A stretch of DNA of 64,000 bases, taken from positions 124,001-188,000 of the forward strand of contig NIVC01002211.1 in assembly GCA_002269645.1 (NCBI GenBank). The letters run 5' to 3'. Within the stretch, counting starts at the first letter, position 1; each line of letters opens with the position of its first letter. A program made the translations under genes and the position numbers. The DNA is from Macrostomum lignano. Its lineage: Eukaryota. Below, in pieces: positions 10,229-21,700 of this stretch. The notes beneath the pieces are model-generated. The model made no database searches. It saw only the letters and a program-made list of their open reading frames with translations, and had not been told where the DNA came from.

Positions 10229-12067
10229 TTAATAATAATGTCCGCCTCTTTGATCTCTACCGCCGCGACCAGATTGCCCGCCTCTTTGAACTCTACCGCC
10301 GCGAGCAGATTGCCATTCTCTTTGATCTCCGCCGCTGCGAGCAGATTGCCATTCTCTTTGATCTCTACCGCCGCGAGCAGATTGCCATTCTCTTTGATCT
10401 CCGCCGCTGCGAGCAGATTGCCATTCTCTTTGATCTCTGCCGCCGCGAGCAGATTGCCATTCTCTTTGATCTCTACCGCCGTGAGCAGATTGCCATTCTC
10501 TTTGATCTCTACCGCCGTGAGCAGATTGCCATTCTCTTTGATCTCTACCGCCGTGAGCAGATTGCCCGCCTCTTTGATCTCTACCGCCGCGAGCAGATCG
10601 CCAGCGAGAAGATTGCCCGCCTCTTTGATCTCTACCGCCGCGAGCAGATTGCCATTCTCTCTGATCTCCGCCGCTGCGAGCAGATTGCCATTCTCTCTGA
10701 TCTCCGCCGCTGCGAGCAGATTGCCATTCTCTCTGATCTCTGCCGCCGCGAGCAGATTGCCATTCTCTTTGATCTCTACCGCCGCGAGCAGATTGTCCGC
10801 CTCTTTGATCACCGCCGCCGCGAGCAGATGGTTTGCCTCCTCGGTCTTTTTGATGTTTACCGCCCTGACTCAACTGCTTCCGAGCGCCGTTACTCTGATT
10901 CCAAAGTTGGCATTCCGAAATCTCTTCAGCCTGCGACAGCCAATTGCACCAGATATTCGAGCTGGTCTCCATAGCAACCCGGTCGCCAATGACAACAATA
11001 CAACGTCTCGCTCGCGTAAAGAGAACTTCAAAATCCGACTGCTCAGCATCAGACAACAAGCTATTGGCATCTGCATGTACAATGACAAAGTCGGTCTCGA
11101 GACCACGGAATTCATCAACGCTAGCCACCTGAACATCCCGAAGGTGCAAGGATTGGCCAACCCGATCGGACGCACCTGACAGTGTCAGGACGGCAATGGC
11201 TTCCAAAGATTCAGTTTCCAGTAGAACAGCGAGAACCCGGTCAATCAGCTCGATAGATGAAGCTGCCGAGCCTTCATCGCAGTTGATAAAGCAGACAGCG
11301 GGAAAAACCATCGGCGGCGGCAGGGTGGGCGGCGGCGCCGGCATCTCGAGTGCCGGCCAGCTGAAGCATCGGCTGGGCAGGCTGGCCAGTTCCGGCCGCA
11401 TCCGGTGCTGCACAGTCAGCGCCAGGGCGTTCGACGTCGTTGCCGCCGCCACCGCTAGCCGATGGTCAGTTCCCAGCAGCACGACACGCCTGGAGCATCG
11501 GGCCAGAGCGCAGAGCGCGGCCGACTCGGGCGACTCGTTTGCATCGTCAATCAGCGCCAAGGAAAACCGGACGTCGTACAAGCCGCCAATCGACGTCGAC
11601 AACGCCAGAATCACGTCGGCGGAGCGCAGAAGGCGCTGCTGCATCGTCTGGCTGTCGTTTAAACTGTCGTCATCCGTGCCGAACTCTTCCAGGCGTCGAC
11701 GTTGGATTTGCGCGTCGATTGTCAGATCGGCGACGTCGGGAGCGACGAGGCCAGACGATGGCAGGCGGAGCAGCAGTAGGCACGGAGCGGCGAGGCGCAG
11801 CCGTCGAGCCAGACTGTCGAGAGCGGCGTCGGACTGGGCGCAGAGGAAAATCGGCAGAAACGATGCCGCCGCCGCCGCCGCCGCCGCCGCCGCCCGGCAG
11901 ACGATGCTGACGGCCAGCGCGGACTTTCCCGTGCCCGGCGGCCCGCCGATGAACAGCAGGCCTGGATCCGGTTTCGAACTCAGGACGACTGCCAGCGCGG
12001 CCCGTTGCGAGGCGTCGAGTCGCTCTAAATCTGCGTCGATATCCGCGCTTAGCGACACAGCTTTCTG
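10229..12067 (-). CDS. Terminal exon: UPF1/SEN1-like SF1B helicase core (degenerate) plus 12-aa RGG/W repeat tail
   Basis: LDASQRAAL (Q motif), LFIGGPPGTGKS (Walker A, 11944-11921), LIDDA (Walker B-like), LTVQHRM, VASVDEFRGLE, FTRARR, then (ARGGRDQREWQS)-type repeats up to TAA at 10229. Acceptor TCCAAAACAG lies just after the intronic GAT array. Confidence 0.85.
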   Translation of the reverse strand, partial: QKAVSLSADIDADLERLDASQRAALAVVLSSKPDPGLLFIGGPPGTGKSALAVSIVCRAAAAAAAAAASFLPIFLCAQSDAALDSLARRLRLAAPCLLLLRLPSSGLVAPDVADLTIDAQIQRRRLEEFGTDDDSLNDSQTMQQRLLRSADVILALSTSIGGLYDVRFSLALIDDANESPESAALCALARCSRRVVLLGTDHRLAVAAATTSNALALTVQHRMRPELASLPSRCFSWPALEMPAPPPTLPPPMVFPAVCFINCDEGSAASSIELIDRVLAVLLETESLEAIAVLTLSGASDRVGQSLHLRDVQVASVDEFRGLETDFVIVHADANSLLSDAEQSDFEVLFTRARRCIVVIGDRVAMETSSNIWCNWLSQAEEISECQLWNQSNGARKQLSQGGKHQKDRGGKPSARGGGDQRGGQSARGGRDQREWQSARGGRDQREWQSARSGGDQREWQSARSGGDQREWQSARGGRDQRGGQSSRWRSARGGRDQRGGQSAHGGRDQREWQSAHGGRDQREWQSAHGGRDQREWQSARGGRDQREWQSARSGGDQREWQSARGGRDQREWQSARSGGDQREWQSARGGRVQRGGQSGRGGRDQRGGHYY

Positions 12068-12133
12068 CTGTTTTGGAGCAAGGATAGGGAATAGGATTAT
12101 GAGGATGAGGATGAGGTTGATCATGATGATGAT

Positions 12134-12168
<35 letters not shown>

Positions 12169-12202
12169 GAGAATGGTGAGGATGATAATAATTATGATAA
12201 TA

Positions 12203-12234
<32 letters not shown>

Positions 12235-12268
12235 GAGAATGGTGAGGATGATAATAATTATGATAATA

Positions 12269-12300
<32 letters not shown>

Positions 12301-12497
12301 GAGAATGGTGAGGATGATAATAATGATGATAATAATGATAATGATGATGATGATGATGATGATGAAGAGAATGGTGAGGATGATAATAATTATGATAATA
12401 ATGATGATGATGGTGATGATGATGATGATGATCATGATGATGATGATGAAGAGAATGGTGAGGATGATAATAATTATGATAATAATGATGATGATGG

Positions 12498-12528
<31 letters not shown>

Positions 12529-12562
12529 GAGAATGGTGAGGATGATAATAATTATGATAATA

Positions 12563-12594
<32 letters not shown>

Positions 12595-12733
12595 GAGAAT
12601 GGTGAGGATGATAATAATGATGATAATAATGATGATAATAATGATGATGATGATGATGATGAAGAGAATGGTGAGGATGATAATAATTATGATAATAATG
12701 ATGATGATGATGATGATGATGATTATGATGATA

Positions 12734-12799
<66 letters not shown>

Positions 12800-15700
12800 A
12801 TGATGATAATGATGATGATGATGAAGAGGATAAACGAGGTAAAGATAGGGATAAGTATGCTGCAGCAACGTGTCCAAAGATGCACTATTACGAGCTATCA
12901 ACTCAAGCCGCGGTCTCACGCACTCTAAGAGCGACGGTTTCTGCGAGCCACCGAGTCACGTGACCCGTGCACTCGAAGCGGGCCAGCGGCGACTCTTTCG
13001 GGTGGCCCCGCGGATCAGCCAGCAGATCGAGCGCTCGCTTCAACAGTCGATCGTTGCCAATATTCTCCTCGTTGTCAGCAGCCCGGAGGCAGCGTCTCAG
13101 AGCGTCAAACACTTCCCTGTAGCTGTCGATGCCACCCGCAGGAGGTTCGCGCAGCTGCCAGCAGCCGCCGCCCTGCCAACAAGCCGGCAGCGTTGTTAGG
13201 AGGCAGCCGCGCGAGTCCAAGCCGCGCAGACAGACCAAGGCTCGACCGTCGTCCAGACGCCGACAGGCGACAACTTGAACAAGGCAGCAGAAGCCGCCAG
13301 CCGAAGTCGCCGATGCCAGCAGCAGCGACATAAACCGGCCTGGGCGCGGCTGATGTCGCTGCCAGTCAATCGGCGCCCGACTTGTCAGCCAAAACTCCGA
13401 CAGTTCGTTAGCGGGATTCGCAGGCTCGACAGTCTCCGCCGGCACCGACCGGTCGGACTCCCAGCTGTCAGCCGACAGGCCGGATGATTGACAGCCGCTC
13501 AGAAACCCCTGACAGGCCAGCGAGGCCTGGTGCCGCAGATACCGATGCACCGGCGTCAGCGGCGACACCCTAGTAGATTCCGTCAACATCGGCAGTAGAA
13601 GTTGTTCAGCAAATCTCTGTGCTACGGCAGGCGAACTGGCGGCAACGTGGAGCAGCGGCCACCAGCAGTGCCAGGCGCCGGCAACGTCCAGCAGCTCGGC
13701 GGTGGAAGCTTCGGCTAGCGATAAAAGCGACGACAGCAGACGGTCAGCGGTGGCGTCGGCAGCCAGGCGTCGCAGCGATGTGAACAGTTCCAGTAGCCCT
13801 GCAGACGGCTGGTCTCCGAACCTGACGGAAGCTGGGTCGAAGAACAGCTGAGCGACAATCTTGTCGATGTCGGCCAGAGCTGAGGCTGGCAGCGGCCTCG
13901 GAGCCGCCAGCAAATGCAGACGGTCTAGCAGGGCCCGCAGGCGGTCTGGCACCGAGCCAAGCTCCGACGGTGGCCACGCGCGCAGCGAGTCGATGAACAA
14001 GCGAGGCGAGGCAAAGGCGACGGCCGCGTCCAGGCACTGCAGCGTCGGAGTCGGCGAAGGCATTGAATCGTGGGACGGCGGCTGCAGCAGCATCGGGTCG
14101 ACGAACTCGTTGACTGCGTGAGCCAGTTGGGGCCGGTTGGGAGCTGGGAACTCGACCTGGGCAGAAGGAGACGGGAGAGTGCACTGCTGGAGAGGCTAGA
14201 TCTACAGAGGCACTGTCTAGATCTGCAAAACTATTGTCTAGATCTATAAAACCACTGTCTAGATCTACAAAATCACTGTCTAGATCTACAAAATCACTGT
14301 CTAGATCTACAAAATCACTGTCTAGATCTACAAAATCACTGTCTAGATCTACAAAATCACTGTCTAGATCTACAAAATCACTGTCTAGATCTACAAAACC
14401 ACTGTTTAGATCTACAAAATCACTGCCTAGATCTACAAAACTACTGTCTAGATCTGCAAAACGATTGCCTAGATCTATAAAACTACTGTCTAGATCTACA
14501 AAATCACTGTCTAGATCTACAAAACTACTGTCTAGATCTACAAAACTACTGTCTAGATCTACAAAATCACTGTCTAGATCTACAAAATCACTGTCTAGAT
14601 CTACAAAATCACTGTCTAAATCTACAAAATCACTGTCTAGATCTACAAAATCACTGTCTAGATCAACAAAATCACTGTCTAGATCTACAAAATCACTGTC
14701 TAGATCTACAAGATCACTGTCTAGATCTACAAAATCACTGTCTAGATGAGTTGCTCCCACGCAGATCTCACCTGTCGGACATCAGCGGCCCACCAGTTGA
14801 CATCGGCCACATCCAGATAGCCAGTGGCCCGCCCGTCCGCCGGGTCGCCCTGGGCAGACTCGAGCACGAACATCTCGGCCTCAATAAATGGCACCTTCCG
14901 TACCAGCATCCCAGCTTGCGCCCGCCTCCTGTCGCCAGGCAAGTCGAACCGGGTCAGGTCTACGCTGATGGACGTCAGGCCGTCGGGCCCGCCGCCGTCA
15001 TTCAGCCACACAAAAGTGCCCCTGCGATCGCCTTTGTAGAGCTGCAACGAGTGCTCCGATAAGTCCAGGCTGTGTCCCGGACTCAGTCGGTGCTGCCTAC
15101 GGCAGTTGAGCAGGCCGGAGAAGAAAAACGCCCGGACACTGTCCGGAGGCATGTCAGCCCGTTCGCAGATTGTCAGCTGCCGTTGGAACAGCAGGGCGAG
15201 GCACAGCTGGTCTGGCAGACGCAGCAAGAGAAGACTAAACAGAATGTAGGGATTTCAATTGAATTAGACTGGGCTAATCTCTCGCTCAGATCCCTAATCT
15301 CACTCTTAGATCCCTAATCTAACTCTCAGATACCTAATTTTACTCTCAGATACCTAATTTCACTCCCAGATCCCTAATCTCACTCTTAGATCCCTAATCT
15401 CACTCTCAGATACCTAATCTCACTCTCAGATACCTAATTTCACTCTCAGATCCCTAATCTCACTCTCAGATCCCTAATCTCACTCTCAGATCCCTAATCT
15501 CACTCTCAGATACCTAATCTCACTCTTAGATCCCTAATCTCACTCTCAGATACCTAATCTCACTCTCAGATACCTAATTTCACTCTCAGATCCCTAATCT
15601 CACTCTCAGATCCCTAATCTCACTCTCAGATCCCTAATCTCACTCTCAGATCCCTAATTTCACTCTCAGATCCCTAATCTCACTCTTAGATCCCTAATCT

Positions 15701-18700
15701 AACTCTCAGATACCTAATTTTACTCTCAGATACCTAATTTCACTCCCAGATCCCTAATCTCACTCTTAGATCCCTAATCTCACTCTCAGATACCTAATCT
15801 CACTCTCAGATACCTAATTTCACTCTCAGATCCCTAATCTCACTCTCAGATCCCTAATCTCACTCTCAGATCCCTAATCTCACTCTCAGATACCTAATTT
15901 CACTCCCAGATCCCTAATCTCACTCTTAGATCCCTAATCTCACTCTCAGATGCCTAATCTCACTCTCAGATCCCTAATCTCACTCTCAGATCCCTAATCT
16001 CACTTTCAGATGCCTAATCTCACTCTCAGATCCCTAATCTCACTTTAAGATGCCTAATCTCACTCTCAGATCCCTAATCTCACTCTCAGATGCCTAATCT
16101 CACTCTCAGATGCCTAATCTCACTCTCAGATCCCTAATCTCACTCTCAGATGCCTAATATCACTCTCAGATCCCTAATCTCACTTCCCAATCCCTAATCT
16201 CACTGTCAGATCCCTAATCTCACTCTCAGATCCCTAATATCACTGTCAGATCCCTAATCTCACTTCCCAATCTCACTTCCTAATCTCACTCTCAGATCCC
16301 TAATCTCACTTCCCAATCTCTAATCTCACTCTCAGATCCCTAATCACAATCTCAGATCCTTAATATCACTCTCAAATCCCTAATTTCACCCTCAGATCCC
16401 TAATCTCACTCTCAGATCCATAATCTCACTTTCAAATCCCTAATCTCACTCTCAGATCCCTAATCTCACTGTCAGATCCCTAATCTCACTGTCAGATCCC
16501 TAATTTCACTCTCAGATCCCTAATCTCACTCTCAGATCCCTAATCACAATCTCAGATCCTTAATATCACTCTCAAATCCCCAATTTCACCCTCAGATCCC
16601 TAATCTCACTCTCAGATCCCTAATCTCACTTTCAGATCCCTAATCTCACTCTCAGATCCCTAATCTCACTCTCAGATCCCTAATCTCACTTTCAGATCCC
16701 TAATCTCACTCTCAGATCCCTAATCTCACTTTCAGATCCCTAATCTCACTCTGAGATCCCTATTCTCAATTCCCAATCTCTAATTTCTCTCAGATCCCCA
16801 GAATCTTTTCCAGCTCCAATGTCTTGGCTTCATCAGTTAATTGTCACGCCTAAACGCGAGGGAAGTCTCACCTTTTAGAATGCCGCTCCAGACCGCGCAG
16901 CAGGTGGGCCCAGTCGAACTCGGACTGGCCGCGCCGAAAGTACAGCCGCCATCGACAGTCCACGCCGGCCAAGCCGAAAGCTGACCGGTCGTCCGGCCTG
17001 GCGAGCAGGCGCGACTTGTTCAGCGCGTTGAGCACCAGAGGCGCTGGCAGGCCGATCTCGTGGATTGCGATTCGCTGCTGATCGAGACTGAACTTGCCAA
17101 AGTCTACCAGATCGGTGTAGGCGTCCTTGAGCATCGTCCTGCTGTCTGCAGAGTAGGTTTAGGTGGCTCAGATAGTAGGAATGGCACTCAGATAGTAGGA
17201 ATGGCACTCAGATAGTAGGAATGGCACTCAGATAGTAGGAATGGCACTCAGATAGTAAGAATGGCACTCAGATAGTAAGAATGGCACTCAGATAGTAGGA
17301 ATGGCACTCAGATAGTAGGAATGGCACTCAGATAGTAGGAATGGCACTCAGATAGTAGAAATGGCACTCAGATAGTAGGAATGGCACTCAGATAGTAAGA
17401 ATGGCACTCAGATAGTAAGAATGGCACTCAGATAGTAGGAATGGCACTCAGATAGTAGGAATGGCACTCAGATAGTAGGAATGGCACTCAGATAGTAGAA
17501 ATGGCACTCAGATAGTAGATATGGCACTCAGATAGTAAGAATGGCACTCAGATAGTAAGAATGGCACTCAGATAGTAGGAATGGCACTCAAATAGTAGAA
17601 ATGGCACTCAGATAGTAGGAATGGCACTCAGATAGTAGAAATGGCACTCAGATAGTAGAAATGGCACTCAGATAGTAGGAATGGCACTCAGATAGTAGAA
17701 ATGGCACTCAGATAGTAGGAATGGCACTCAGATAGTAGGAATGGCACTCAGATAGTCGGAATGGCACTCAGATAGTAGAAATGGCACTCAGATAGTAGAT
17801 ATGGCACTCAGATAGTAAGAATGGCACTCAGATAGTAAGAATGGCACTCAGATAGTAGGAATGGCACTCAAATAGTAGAAATGGCACTCAGATAGTAGGA
17901 ATGGCACTCAGATAGTAGAAATGGCACTCAGATAGTAGAAATGGCACTCAGATAGTAGGAATGGCACTCAGATAGTAGAAATGGCACTCAGATAGTAGGA
18001 ATGGCACTCAGATAGTAGGAATGGCACTCAGATAGTCGGAATGGCACTCAGATAGTAGAAATGGCACTCAGATAGTAGGAATGGCACTCAGATAGTAGAA
18101 ATGGCACTCAGCTAGTAGGAATGGCACTCAGATAGTAGGAATGGCACTCAGATAGTAGGAATGGCACTCAGATAGTAGGAATGGCACTCAGATAGTAGGA
18201 ATGGCACTCAGATAGTAGGAATGGCACTCAGATAGTAGGAATGGCACTCAGATAGTAGAAATGGCACTCAGATAGTAGGAATGGCACTCAGATAGTAGAA
18301 ATGGCACTCAGATAGTAGGAATGGCACTCAGAAAGTAGGAATGGCACTCAGATAGTAGAAATGGCACTCAGATAGTAGAAATGGCACTCAGATAGTAGGA
18401 ATGGCACTCAGATAGTAGAAATGGCACTCAGATAGTAGGAATGGCACTCAGATAGTAGGAATGGCACTCAGATAGTAGGAATGGCACTCAGATAGTAGAA
18501 ATGGCACTCAGATAGTAGAAATGGCACTCAGATAGTAGGAATGGCACTCAGATAGTAGAAATGGCACTCAGATAGTAGGAATGGCACTTAGGAGTGGCGC
18601 CAAGATGATAGGAGTGGCGCTAAGATGATGGGAGTGGCTGATAGGAGTGGCGCCAAGATGATAGGAGTGGCTGATAGGAGTGGCGCCAAGATGATAGGAG

Positions 18701-21700
18701 TGGCGCCAAGATGATAGGAGTGGCGCCAAGATGATAGGAGTGGCGCCAAGATGATGGGAGTGGCTGATAGGAGTGGCGCCAAGATGATAGGAGTGGCTGA
18801 TAGGAGTGGCGCCAAGATGATAGGAGTGGCGCCAAGATGATAGGAGTGGCGCCAAGATGATAGGAGTGGCGCCAGGATGATAGGAGTGGCGCCAAGACGA
18901 TAGGAAGCCAGTGCTGGCATCTAAGAAAAATTACCTTCCACCTTCCCTCCTCACCTTCCACCTGCTCGCACCGGGCCCGACAGAAATCCCAAGCGAACTG
19001 GAATTTGCAAAACTCGCTGATCCGTCCGAACTCGTGCCGACTGCTCAACAGGTCGACGACAAACTCCGGCCGAACGTTGTCCACCGTGAGGGTCGGATAG
19101 CTATCGTCGTCGGTTTTGGTTGTCGCCGCCGTCGCTCGGGCGGCAACAGCGGCTTTGACAAACAGATCGCTCCGCAGTCTTCGACCTCTCGCGAGCATTC
19201 GCTGCCAGACGAATTCTCTGGGGTTTGCTGCACCTGCTGCCGTCGGCAACCGGAGCTTCGGGTCGATGCTCACCAACTCGCCAGACTTTGCGGCGTCAAC
19301 GGCGCGGGAGAACAGACGGCCGAGTTCACAGCACTGCCAGCAGTCCGGCCCCAGGCTGTCTGCCCAGCTCTTGTACAGAGTGTCGATTTCTGACGTGACA
19401 GCATGAAATTTATTCTGGCTGGCAAAGTGCCGGATAAGATCATTTTTTGTCGGCGGCCTGACAGATGCAGGCACCTCGGCAGCTGGGTAGTGGTACGGCT
19501 CAGCTTGATGCAGAGGCAACAGGTCTGCGGGATGAGGATCCTCAACTCATTATCTTTGCGCTCTTAATTAGAAACATCTTGGCTACTCTATAGAGTACAC
19601 TTCAGCCACTTTTCAAAATAAATTTTAGCCGCTCGTAAGAATACACCTAGGCCACTCTATAAAGTACACTCTTTAAAGTACATCTCCACTACACTTTAGA
19701 GTAAATTTAGCCACTCTTTAAAGTACAACTCGGCCAATCTTTAAAGTACATTTATCCACTCTTTAAAGTACATCTCGACCACTCTTTAAAGTACATCTCG
19801 ACTACTCTTTAAAAGTGCAATTAAACGCTTTTAAAGTACATTTTAGCCTCCTTTTACAGTACATCTCAGACAGCACAGCGAATACACACACAATGATCAA
19901 GCAACTGGGTCTCCTCACCGGGATCCCAGCACACAAAGAATTGATCCCCGTCCAGGTCGGAGCCGGAAATCTCGCTAGGATGCGACCGCGGTCCCCGCAC
20001 CGGGAACACGATGCAGTCCACCAGGTGGTTCAGCGCCGCCAGTCCCGGCTTGTCCTCGTCAGTGACAGCCAGAAGCACCCGAACGTCGCCCAGCAGGTAG
20101 CAGGGACTCTTCGTCACCACAACCTGACCGCGCAGACTCAGCGGCGAGCCGCCGTCAGTGATCCGGACGAAGCATTCGCCGTATTCTAACAGCTGCTCAT
20201 TGGTTTGGTCGCAGACTCCGAACAGGTTGCGGGACAGCGGCACCAGGATGTGCAGGCGGTCGCAGCGTTCAAGCAGCTTCGATTGAAAGCTGGCGAGTCT
20301 GGCGCGCAGAATTTTGTGCCTCTGCGCCATGGCGTCCTGAGATTTTGATGATGTAGGATGAACTGGGAGTCTGGATCCTTCAAGTCAGAACAGACATGAA
20401 TCTCACTAATCACCTGAGAGCCGGACAATGCCTAATGATGAATCTCTCTAATCACCTTAGTGCTAGACAATGCCTAATGATGAATCTCTCTAATCACCTT
20501 GGTGCTAGACAATGCCTAATGATGAATCTCTCTAATCACCTTAGTGCTAGACAATGCCTAATGATGAATCTCTCTAATCACCTTAGTGCTAGACAATGCC
20601 TAATGATGAATCTCTCTAATCACCTTAGTGCTAGACAATGCCTAATGATGAATCTCTCTAATCACCTTAGTGCTAGACAATGCCTAATGATGAATCTCTC
20701 TAATCACCTGAGAGCCGGACAATGCCTAATGATGAATCTCTCTAATCACCTGAGAGCTGGACAATGCCTAATGATGAATCTCTCTAATCACCTGAGAGCT
20801 GGACAATGCCTAATGATGAATCTCTCTAATCACCTGAGAGCCGGACAATGCCTAATGATGAATCTCTCTAATCACCTGAGAGCCGGACAATGCCTAATGA
20901 TGAATCTCTCTAATCACCTGAGAGCCGGACAATGCCTAATGATGAATCTCTCTAATCAACTGAGAGCTGGACAATGCCTAATGATGAATCTCTCTAATCA
21001 CCTGAGAGCTGGACAATGCCTAATGATGAATCTCTCTAATCACCTGAGAGCCAGACAATGCCTAATAATGAATCTGTGTGCCCAGCAACAAAGAATATTC
21101 CACTCACGCTAATCAAGTCGGACCCGGCTGGCGCAGTCAGCGTCTCCTTGTGCATGCGCAGCAGCTGACTTGCCAGAAGGAATTCGCCTCGCCAGCGCAG
21201 CACAGCGATGGCCGCTTCAGGATCCGTTGCCATGCGGCGGAGCCGGTCGAAGTGCTCAGACTGGCGGGCCAGGAAGGCGGAGTCGGGCACGCCCAGGCCT
21301 GAGGGAGGGAGACGATGAGACAAAAGTTACACTTGGCTCTACTTGACTTAAATCACATGGTGCTCTACTCAATCTACCCGGTATTCTACTCAATCTACCC
21401 GGTATTCTACTCAATCTACCCGATATTCTACTTAATCTACCCGATATTCTACCCGGTATTCTACTTAATCTACCCGGTATTCTACTTAATCTACCCGGTA
21501 TTCTACTTAATCTACCCGGTATTCTACTTAATCTACCCGTTTTCTATTCTAGCAAATAGAACAGATATTTTTCCATTGACATACCCGAAAGCAAAGTAAT
21601 AAACTGCCTGTTCAGCTGTCCGAAAGTGTAAGGTCGCGAATATTCGCACAGACTAATTTCCGAGTGCTTTTCGGTTTGAAATTTCAGCATCGACGGTCGA

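Noticed and set aside
10217-11179. 320-aa plus-strand ORF antisense to the helicase tail
   Set aside because: Shadow frame of the 36-bp coding repeat and the GC-rich exon.
12068-12919. Poly-His N-terminus on the 896-aa helicase ORF, and the poly-Met and poly-Ile ORFs
   Set aside because: Read-through of an intronic GAT array, bounded by a donor at 12923 and an acceptor at 12068.
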